Below, in pieces: positions 7,009 to 14,074 of a stretch of DNA of 14,074 bases. The stretch is from positions 1 to 14,074 of the forward strand of contig JBHIAI010000043.1 in NCBI GenBank assembly GCA_046861655.1, in the 5' to 3' direction. The notes under the pieces were generated by a model. It was not told the DNA's origin. It saw only the letters and a program-made list of their open reading frames with translations, and ran no database searches. The translations under genes were made by a program, and so were the position numbers. Source of the stretch: Fidelibacterota bacterium (GTDB taxonomy: Bacteria > Fidelibacterota > Marinisomatia > Marinisomatales > S15-B10). Each line of letters starts with the position of its first letter. Positions within the stretch are counted from its first letter, which is position 1.

Positions 7009-8559
7009 GTGAGACGTCTTAGCGTTATCTATCTGGCGATCCTGTCGGCGTGCTCCCTTTGGGACTACGAGGACCCATCCTCACCCCTGGAAAACAGTGT
7101 CCCAGAGACGTTTCTCACCCTGGCCGCGGCCGATACGCTTTATGCCGCCATAGATTCCGTGATCGTCACCACCGATCCTCAAACTGGTGAAGAAATCCGG
7201 GATACGGTGTGGACCTATGCCATCGGAGAAGAGCCCGGCCCCGGCCTGGTGTGGGATACGCTGACTTCGGCCTTTACCACCATCACCACCAGCCGCCAGG
7301 AACTGCACTGGTGGGGGGAGGACCCGGACGGTCATGTTGTGGGATACCGCTACCGGTGGAACGTGGACACATCCTGGACCTTCACCACTCAGGAATCGGC
7401 CGTGTTCTTCCTTCCGGTCACCCGGGAAATGGACGTATTTACTTTCCAGGTGGCGGCGGTGGATAATGACAGTCTCACCGACCCCACCCCTGCCCGGGTG
7501 GTCCTGCCCATCCGGAACTCGGAGCCCACCATCAGTTTCCGGTACAGGAGCAATCCACTGGTGGAAAACCCGATGGATACGTCCTTCACCTTTCCCACCC
7601 GCACCTTTGTGTGGGACGTGGAGGATCAGGACGGCATTGAAACGGTGACGGACATTTTCTATGCCCTGGATGACACCTGCGACACCTGCTGGACGGGTCT
7701 TGATGCCGCATCCTTCTCGAGCATAACTCTCACCGGCATACTCCCCGGGATCCATACTTTCTACCTGAAAGCCCGGGATATTGCCGGCGCTGAGAGCGAG
7801 ATCATCCATTTTCCCGATGTGGAGGATCTCGACACGCCCAACACCTGGGCCGTTATGCCCGTGGTGGGTGACATTCTTCTCGTGGACGATTTCCCCCAGG
7901 ATACGCGAAACGGGGCCCGGAGATGGTACGGTGGAATCCTCGATTCCCTGGTGGGACCCGATGGTTATTCCGTGTGGGAGATCGGTGAGGAACTCCCATT
8001 TTCTTCTGCGGATGTGAGCGCCAATCTGAACTACTTTGATCACGTCATCTGGTATACCGCCTATACCGGCGTGGAAACCTACGACGATGCCGGGTCCAGC
8101 ATTCTTCAGTTCATGGCCGGCGGCGGGAACATCTTTCTGAATACGGCCCAGCTCAAAGACACCTCCTTTGTGTGGTTTCCCATGGACTCCACCTTTGTCC
8201 TGAACCGGTCCGGCCGCCTTTTCTCCGGGCGGGTCTTGGTTTCCCAGGTGGATTCCACCCTGAACCTGGAAATCTCGAAGCTCATCGCCATCCGGGTGCA
8301 GGGATTCGAAACAGACACCACCACCGCACCCCACTTTGTCAGCCTCTATCGTATGCAGGAGCCGGAGAGCGGGGACGAGTGGAAAGGAACCCCCAACGTC
8401 TGCGGGAGGTATCAGTTCGAACTGGAGCCGGGGCGGCTTTCGGGCAAAGCCGTTCTGATGAGTATCCCGTTTCACAACGGTTCGGAACCCCTCCTGGAGG
8501 GGAGGGGTTCGGGCAGTAAGTTTGTGGCCTATCTTCTCAGGGAGGAGTTCGGACTGTGA
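7009..8559 (+). CDS. Lipoprotein with two Ig/FN3-like beta-sandwich repeats and a C-terminal alpha/beta (class I GATase-like fold) domain
   Basis: GTG at 7009 gives MRRLSVIYLAILSA-C (lipobox LSAC, Cys codon 7051); TTG at 6994 is an alternative start. Repeats are HWWGEDPDG...FTFQVAAVDND and FVWDVEDQDG...HTFYLKARDIAG, followed by ILLVDD...LNYFDHVIWYT...FMAGGGNIFL. The ORF-track start at 6841 overlaps the upstream gene and the hairpin and was rejected. Confidence 0.82.
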   Translation: MRRLSVIYLAILSACSLWDYEDPSSPLENSVPETFLTLAAADTLYAAIDSVIVTTDPQTGEEIRDTVWTYAIGEEPGPGLVWDTLTSAFTTITTSRQELHWWGEDPDGHVVGYRYRWNVDTSWTFTTQESAVFFLPVTREMDVFTFQVAAVDNDSLTDPTPARVVLPIRNSEPTISFRYRSNPLVENPMDTSFTFPTRTFVWDVEDQDGIETVTDIFYALDDTCDTCWTGLDAASFSSITLTGILPGIHTFYLKARDIAGAESEIIHFPDVEDLDTPNTWAVMPVVGDILLVDDFPQDTRNGARRWYGGILDSLVGPDGYSVWEIGEELPFSSADVSANLNYFDHVIWYTAYTGVETYDDAGSSILQFMAGGGNIFLNTAQLKDTSFVWFPMDSTFVLNRSGRLFSGRVLVSQVDSTLNLEISKLIAIRVQGFETDTTTAPHFVSLYRMQEPESGDEWKGTPNVCGRYQFELEPGRLSGKAVLMSIPFHNGSEPLLEGRGSGSKFVAYLLREEFGL

Positions 8560-11336
8560 AGTCGGGTGTGTTCCTGGTGCTTGTCATTCCGTTGGCACTC
8601 CTGGCCCAGAACACGGGAACCATTGAAGGGACTGTAGTGGACGGGAACACGGGAGACCCCCTTCCCGGCGCAAACGTCGTCGTGAAAGGAACCTATTACG
8701 GAGCCGCCACCGCAGGGGATGGACATTTTGTCATCACTGGAGTTTCTGCCGGCAACTACGACCTGAAAGTTTCCATGATGGGCTACAAGATCGTGCTGCG
8801 GACGGGTGTGTCGGTGGAAACAGGGGAGAGGACACACTTAGAGTTTGAGATGGAACAGACCGTCCTCGCCATGGGCGAAGAGGTGGTGGTGGTAGGCAAG
8901 GCACCCCTTTTTGATGTGGACGAGACGGCATCCGTGACACGGGTTTCCAGGGATGACATTGCCAATAAGATTGTCTACAGTGTGGACGACATTCTTGCCG
9001 AGCAGGTGGGTGTAAGGAAGGTGGACAACGAAATCCATATCCGGGGAGGGCGGGTCGATGAGAGTCTCTATCTCGTGGATGGTCTTTCCATCAAGGATCC
9101 CCTTTCCGGCATGTCGGGAAACCTCTTCGTGAACGCCGAGTCCATCGAAGATCTGGAAATCATTACCGGGGGATACGACGCCGAATACGGTCAGGCCATG
9201 TCGGGCATCATCAACATCAGACTCAAAGAGGGAACGGATAGATTCGAAGGGAGCATGAAATACGCCAGCGACAACCTGGGACTTTCGAGCCCGTACTGGC
9301 CCAGCTATAACACAGACCAGTTTGAGTTCAATCTAGGAGGTCCCGCTCCCCTTCTCGAACTGTTCGCCCGGAATGTGGGTCTTGATTTGCCTGGAAGACT
9401 GTCTTTTTTCGCCAATGGGTACGGAAAGATTACCGACACCTATTTGCCCGGGGCGGCAAAGCTGTATCCGCACCGGAACTGGGTGTCTCCCCTGGGGATG
9501 TCCGAAGAAACAGCGGACCGGATCATGGAACTTCTTGCCCCCAGGGAGAACAACGACTGGCATGCCCTCTACAAGCTGTCGTGGCAACTGACTGAAAAGA
9601 AAAAGGCGGCCCTTTCTTACGACGTATCCCTGAATATCAATCAGGGCTTCTTCATGCCCAGAGCTTTTTCGTCCACCTATTTCCCCTACCGGTACGCTCG
9701 AATCCTGGACAATTACAACACCATTACCCGGGAATCCAGGCTGCTGAAAATGAACTGGACCCATACCCTGAGTCCGCGGACTTTCTATGAACTGACCCTG
9801 GGAAGGTTTCTCACCCTGGAACACAGTGCCGTGCAGGATCTTCACTGGAGCGAGTACCGGGAACGTCTCGACGTTGAGCCCACCAACTACGTTCTCAAGG
9901 ACAGGGAGGGTAACGTCCGGATCACCTACGGGGATGAATTCTACGATACGGGCTTTTCCACGGAATGGTACGATCTTTCCAGCGACAACTACAGGCTCGA
10001 TTTTGACTGGACGCATCAGACGGCCCATCGCCACAAGGTCAAGTGGGGGGTTGAAGGAACCTTCTCTGAAATCCAGGTGGTGGATATTGACGAACCGTGG
10101 GCGGGTACCACTGGACTGGGCGTTAACTATGACGCCTATCGAACCCGGACCCTGTTCGGGGCCTTCTATGTCCAGGACAGAATTGTGTTTGAAGGGATGA
10201 CTGCCAATCTAGGGCTGAGGTACGATTTCTGGTTCCCGGGTAAGTACGTGGAGCAGGCGGTGAACGATCCCGAGACCGTTATCATCACCGAAGAGGCCAG
10301 GCAGCGGTTTTACGATGAAACCTTCGGGTTTCTGGGCTACCGCGGAAAGGGGCGATTGAGTCCCCGGGTGGGTATCTCCCATCCCGTGACGGACAACGAC
10401 GTTCTCTACTTCTACTACGGTCATTTCTCCCAGCTGCCCACGTTTCAGTATGTGTACGCGAAACTGTCCTCCACGTCGCAGTCCACCTACCAGGTGTTCG
10501 GCAATCCCAATCTCGATCCCAAGACCACGGTCCAGTATGAGCTGGGGATCAAACATCGCTTCAACGAGGATCAGGTGCTGGAGATGAAGGCATACTGGAA
10601 GGACATGTTCGATTACGAAACCTCCCAGTCCATTACCCCTTCCAATCCCAAGTATTCACACCTGAGATTCCTGATGTACTTCAATGCCGACTACGCCAGG
10701 GCCCGGGGAGTGGAGATCATCCTGAGAAGCCGGCTCTGGTCCTACTTCTATGCGGATGCCAACTTCAACTATTCCATTGCCACGGGAAAGAGCTCAACCC
10801 CTTTTGATAACCTCCTGGTTCAGGCCGGTCAGCTCCGGGAAAAGCCGCTGGATGAAGTTTTCTTGAGCTGGGACAAGCCGGTTCAGTTCTTTGTGAATTT
10901 TTCGTACAACTATCCATCGGGTTGGGGAGCGTCCGTGCGTCTGGAGTACGAAACCGGGCGCCGTTACACCCGTTCAATCGCCGGCACCCGGGATTATCCT
11001 GACGGCATCATAGAGGTGGCTGGAGCCCAGTATTATATCGGGACGATTGAAGACGACAAGCCGTACTTCTATATCAGCGAGAAACCGCTGACCAATGTGG
11101 ATCTGAAGCTCCACAGGGACGTGAAGGTGGGCGGCGTTCGTTACCGGATGTTTTTGGAGGTGGAAAACGTCTTCGATGAAAAAATACCCCGGCGCATCAA
11201 CCCCTTCACCGGGAGAGGCTACGACCCCGGGGAGATCATTCCCTACGGCTTGCTCGATGATCCCAGTCCCAACTTCGATCCCTCCCGGTTCCGCATGCCC
11301 CGGAGGGCCCAGGTTGGCGTTCAGGTGACATTCTGA
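8556..11336 (+). CDS. TonB-dependent outer membrane receptor with N-terminal carboxypeptidase-regulatory-like domain
   Basis: Signal peptide, then GTIEGTVVDGNTGDPLPGANVVV and TonB-box-like EEVVVVG. Plug motifs IHIRGGR...YLVDG and IEDLEIITGGYDAEYGQAMSGIINI. Barrel motifs NLGLRYD, LSPRVGISHP and GNPNLDP.TT.QYELG, ending PRRAQVGVQVTF. GGAGGAG RBS and GTGA overlap with the upstream stop. Confidence 0.96.
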   Translation: MKSGVFLVLVIPLALLAQNTGTIEGTVVDGNTGDPLPGANVVVKGTYYGAATAGDGHFVITGVSAGNYDLKVSMMGYKIVLRTGVSVETGERTHLEFEMEQTVLAMGEEVVVVGKAPLFDVDETASVTRVSRDDIANKIVYSVDDILAEQVGVRKVDNEIHIRGGRVDESLYLVDGLSIKDPLSGMSGNLFVNAESIEDLEIITGGYDAEYGQAMSGIINIRLKEGTDRFEGSMKYASDNLGLSSPYWPSYNTDQFEFNLGGPAPLLELFARNVGLDLPGRLSFFANGYGKITDTYLPGAAKLYPHRNWVSPLGMSEETADRIMELLAPRENNDWHALYKLSWQLTEKKKAALSYDVSLNINQGFFMPRAFSSTYFPYRYARILDNYNTITRESRLLKMNWTHTLSPRTFYELTLGRFLTLEHSAVQDLHWSEYRERLDVEPTNYVLKDREGNVRITYGDEFYDTGFSTEWYDLSSDNYRLDFDWTHQTAHRHKVKWGVEGTFSEIQVVDIDEPWAGTTGLGVNYDAYRTRTLFGAFYVQDRIVFEGMTANLGLRYDFWFPGKYVEQAVNDPETVIITEEARQRFYDETFGFLGYRGKGRLSPRVGISHPVTDNDVLYFYYGHFSQLPTFQYVYAKLSSTSQSTYQVFGNPNLDPKTTVQYELGIKHRFNEDQVLEMKAYWKDMFDYETSQSITPSNPKYSHLRFLMYFNADYARARGVEIILRSRLWSYFYADANFNYSIATGKSSTPFDNLLVQAGQLREKPLDEVFLSWDKPVQFFVNFSYNYPSGWGASVRLEYETGRRYTRSIAGTRDYPDGIIEVAGAQYYIGTIEDDKPYFYISEKPLTNVDLKLHRDVKVGGVRYRMFLEVENVFDEKIPRRINPFTGRGYDPGEIIPYGLLDDPSPNFDPSRFRMPRRAQVGVQVTF

Positions 11337-12352
11337 TGAGCCAGGGCACCAGGCGACTCCTGGTCTTCGCGTTCCTTTTCTCTCTCACTCCGGCGTGGAC
11401 CCAGCAGAACTTCTTTCCCATCCTTGGGGGTCAGCGGGTGGGCACCTCGGTGTTCACCTTTCTGAAAATTGGGGTGGGAAGCAGGGCTGCCGGCATGGGG
11501 GGAGCGGTGGTGGCGTTGAACCAGGATGCATCGGCTCTGTACTACAACCCCGCCGCCATCGCTCAACTTCCCGGGACCCAGCTCCTGGTGACCCGGATAC
11601 AGTGGCCAGCGGACGTCTTCTACGATTTTGCCGGTGTTTCCCACCATCTCAGCGGCCGGCATTATCTTGGGTTCAGCGCGGGTATCCTCCACACGGCCCC
11701 CATGATGGAAACCACGGAGCTGATGCCCCACGGGACGGGAAGCTATTTTGTGTTTCAGGACAGGTTTGCCGCCTTCACCTACGGAGTCCGCATGTCCGAT
11801 CGATTCAGTTTCGGGATCACGGTGAAACAGGTGAGCGAAACCCTGGCGGGCAATGTAATGGAGTCGTGGCTGATGGATCTGGGAACGTTCTACTGGACCG
11901 GATTCAAGTCCCTTCGGTTTTCCGCCTCTCTGTCTCATTTCGGAGACCAGGCCGCACCCGCAGGAACCTACCGCCGGCGGATTCTGGATACGGAAACGGG
12001 CCAGGAAGTGGAAATCGATTCCGAATTTGAGCTGTTCTCACCCCCTACGGTGTTCCGGGTGGGATCCGCCATCGATTTTTCCCGTGGCGAACGGCGGGAA
12101 CTCACAGTATCGGTCCAGTTGAACCACCCCGTTGACGGGGCGGAAAACGTGGTGGTAGGCGGAGAGTACCTTATTTTCAACACCCTGGCTGTCCGGGGAG
12201 GGTATAAACTCGACCAGGAAGAGGAGAATCTCTCTGTGGGCGCGGGTATCCAGGTTCCCATGGGACCGGTGACATTCAGGGCAGACTACGCTTTCACAAA
12301 TTTCGTCCATCTGTCCGATCCCATGCGGCTGAGCCTGGCCCTTGAATTCTGA
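11336..12352 (+). CDS. PorV/PorQ family (FadL-like) outer membrane beta-barrel
   Basis: FLKIGVGSRAAGMGGAVVAL..DASALYYNPAAIAQL is the family N-terminal signature. Amphipathic strands, GGEY..FNTLAVRGGY, ADYAF and a terminal Phe. TGATG overlap with the receptor gene. Confidence 0.9.
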   Translation: MSQGTRRLLVFAFLFSLTPAWTQQNFFPILGGQRVGTSVFTFLKIGVGSRAAGMGGAVVALNQDASALYYNPAAIAQLPGTQLLVTRIQWPADVFYDFAGVSHHLSGRHYLGFSAGILHTAPMMETTELMPHGTGSYFVFQDRFAAFTYGVRMSDRFSFGITVKQVSETLAGNVMESWLMDLGTFYWTGFKSLRFSASLSHFGDQAAPAGTYRRRILDTETGQEVEIDSEFELFSPPTVFRVGSAIDFSRGERRELTVSVQLNHPVDGAENVVVGGEYLIFNTLAVRGGYKLDQEEENLSVGAGIQVPMGPVTFRADYAFTNFVHLSDPMRLSLALEF

Positions 12353-13734
12353 TGAAGGCTACAGACTTTCTGATCAAAAGATGGCTTCCCAGCGTGGGGA
12401 TCGCGGCTCTGGCCGCCATCCTGTCATCGGGTTGCGTGGAGAAGATGCCCTTGCCCGCCAGGATCAACGTTCCGGTGGAATTCTCCGCCGGCGATACCTC
12501 CTATCTTATGATGAACCCCATCTGGGACGAGACCTACGGCCTGGTGGCTCCCCTGGAGGTCTCCGTGGCTCCCGACGGTCACATCTTTGTCGCCGATTCA
12601 GGGGCGAACGCCATCCTGGTGTTGAAACAGGACGGTACGGTGCTGGAATCCTTCGGTGGACTGAGGGATCTTGAGGATGGTGAGGGGGAACCCTTGAGTC
12701 CCATTGATGTGGATATCGATGGGAAAATGAACATCTTCTTTGTAGACGGATCCCGCCGAGTCTACCGTTGGAATCAGGTCTGGAATCAGGTGGGGGTAGA
12801 TTCCATAGCTTCCAGCGCAACTTTTGTTCACGGCACCACCGGTGTCACGGTGACCTTGCTGGCGGGATCCGGCGATTGGGTGGAAACGGCCAACGATGAC
12901 GACTGGGCGCTGGAAGACGTCGACTGGGTCAAAGACGCGTCAGCGGTGGATTCCCTTCTGGCTCCTCATCTGTTTTTTGATGCCGGATCGGCGGAAAACG
13001 ATGCCCGGGACCTTTACTACGCCGGCACCCTGTCCCGGTTTTCCGGGATTTCTTCCTCCCTGGGAGAGGACTACGTCTACCTCACCGATGCCTATCACAA
13101 CAGGATCATCCGGGTCGATTTTGAGCGGTCCCAACTGGTGAAACTCTCCATCGGACAGGAGGTGTGGATTCACCGGGGAATCTTTGGCCACACGGTTTCC
13201 GGCTTCGGCACCGGAGCGGGAACGGTGAACAAGCCTGTGGCCGTGGACGTGGATTTCGCGGGGAACCTGTATTATGCCCAGCGAGGCGACTATTTCTCCA
13301 TTCACAAGGTTTCGCCCACAACCGCCGGAGGCTATACGTCTTATTCCTCGGTGTTTCAGCAGGGGGAAAACGATATCATGGATCTGTGGCGCTTTTCTCT
13401 TCCCTCGGATGTGGCGGCGGATGAAAAACAGTCCATCTACGTGGCCAACACCGGCGCCCAGGAAATTCAGGTGTTCAATTCCGACGGGAGTTTCTTCAAC
13501 AAGGCGGGCGTCACGGGAATCACCGTGGATACCACTCTGGAGATTGTTGACGGCCAGGATACGGTGTTGGTGGACACTTTCTTGACGGTGGAAAAGAAGG
13601 GAATCCTGGAATCACCCCGGGCCGTCGCCGTGGACAGCCGGGGCATCGTTTACGTCTGTGACACCCCCAGATCCCGAATCGTCCGGTACCGTCTGTCCAA
13701 CGCCCTCGATGAGAACATCACCCCCGACAATTAG
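12352..13734 (+). CDS. NHL-repeat (beta-propeller) lipoprotein
   Basis: Lipobox LSSG-C. NHL-type blades P.EVSVAPDGHIFVADSG, PIDVDIDGKMNIFFVD, YVYLTDAYHNRI, PVAVDVDFAGNLYYA, PSDVAADEKQSIYVANTG..EIQVF and PRAVAVDSRGIVYVCDT..SRI. TGATG overlap. Confidence 0.9.
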   Translation: MKATDFLIKRWLPSVGIAALAAILSSGCVEKMPLPARINVPVEFSAGDTSYLMMNPIWDETYGLVAPLEVSVAPDGHIFVADSGANAILVLKQDGTVLESFGGLRDLEDGEGEPLSPIDVDIDGKMNIFFVDGSRRVYRWNQVWNQVGVDSIASSATFVHGTTGVTVTLLAGSGDWVETANDDDWALEDVDWVKDASAVDSLLAPHLFFDAGSAENDARDLYYAGTLSRFSGISSSLGEDYVYLTDAYHNRIIRVDFERSQLVKLSIGQEVWIHRGIFGHTVSGFGTGAGTVNKPVAVDVDFAGNLYYAQRGDYFSIHKVSPTTAGGYTSYSSVFQQGENDIMDLWRFSLPSDVAADEKQSIYVANTGAQEIQVFNSDGSFFNKAGVTGITVDTTLEIVDGQDTVLVDTFLTVEKKGILESPRAVAVDSRGIVYVCDTPRSRIVRYRLSNALDENITPDN

Positions 13735-13736
13735 AT

Positions 13737-13798
13737 AACCATGGAGGAACAGAGGTTTTTTCCATAGTTCTTTCTCTCTGGATTCTCTGTGGTTTTTT
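13737..13798 (+). terminator. Imperfect inverted repeat with T-run between convergent genes; probable terminator
   Basis: AACCATGGAG..CAGAG (13737-13754) pairs with CTCTG...CTCTGTGGTT (13776-13794) using G:U pairs on the + strand. A T-run spans 13793-13798. Confidence 0.55.
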
Positions 13799-13808
13799 GC
13801 CGGTGGTA

Positions 13809-14074
13809 TTATTTGATCAGGGCGAGTTTCCGGGTCTGGCGGAACGATCCGGCCTCAAGACGGCATAGGTAAATGCCGCTGGGGAGGTGACTGGCCTTCC
13901 AGACCCTCTCGTGCTTTCCCTCCTCCATCCGATTGTTGGCCAGTATTCTCACCTCGCGTCCGGCAAGATCCAGAACGACGAGTGACACATGTGTGGTGTA
14001 GGGGAGAGTGAACGAGAGGGTGGTGGCGGCATTGAACGGATTGGGCGAATTCTGGAATAGATGGAAGTCCCGGG
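13809..14074 (-). CDS. 3' end of a T9SS type A sorting-domain protein (partial; starts beyond the window; not in the ORF track)
   Basis: Manual translation of the minus strand from 14072 gives RDFHLFQNSPNPFNAATTLSFTLPYTTHVSLVVLDLAGREVRILANNRMEEGKHERVWKASHLPSGIYLCRLEAGSFRQTRKLALIK*, with the stop TAA at 13811-13809. Confidence 0.9.
   Translation of the reverse strand, partial: RDFHLFQNSPNPFNAATTLSFTLPYTTHVSLVVLDLAGREVRILANNRMEEGKHERVWKASHLPSGIYLCRLEAGSFRQTRKLALIK

Noticed and set aside
2125..8475. Long antisense ORFs 2125-3048, 3175-4194 and 7081-8475, and smaller ones such as 9333-10034 and 11321-11938
   Set aside because: They lie opposite well-supported genes and show no recognisable motifs. 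They are typical shadow ORFs of GC3-biased coding sequence.
1..14074. CRISPR array, tRNA/rRNA, transposase/integrase, reverse transcriptase or defence system
   Set aside because: No repeat-spacer pattern, RNA gene signature or corresponding catalytic motif was seen. The internal repeats of the 893-aa protein are diverged protein-domain repeats.

Overview
This window most likely comes from an FCB-group bacterium outside the core Bacteroidota. That is inferred from T9SS-type C-terminal domains and a PorV-family gene, combined with a canonical TTGACT-17-TAATTT promoter and strong AGGAGG ribosome-binding sites. The left end holds two degenerate short-period repeat arrays, an acyl-CoA thioesterase (+) and a convergent NP-I nucleoside phosphorylase-family gene (-). 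The centre is a six-gene, ~11.7 kb outer-membrane/secreted-protein operon (+). In order it encodes (1) a ~730-aa secreted protein with a variant 'PNPY' T9SS-like CTD, (2) an 893-aa T9SS substrate made of three ExeM/YhcR-like OB-fold modules with no recognisable nuclease catalytic domain, then an internal UUCG hairpin, and four translationally coupled genes: (3) a lipoprotein, (4) a TonB-dependent receptor, (5) a PorV/PorQ-family barrel and (6) an NHL-repeat lipoprotein. The right end holds a terminator-like hairpin and the 3' end of a convergent T9SS type A substrate that is missing from the ORF track. The leading hypothesis, which is inference only, is a SusD-less, T9SS/PorV-coupled TonB uptake system, possibly for extracellular nucleic acids. 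All family calls come from motifs recognised by eye; no searches were run.
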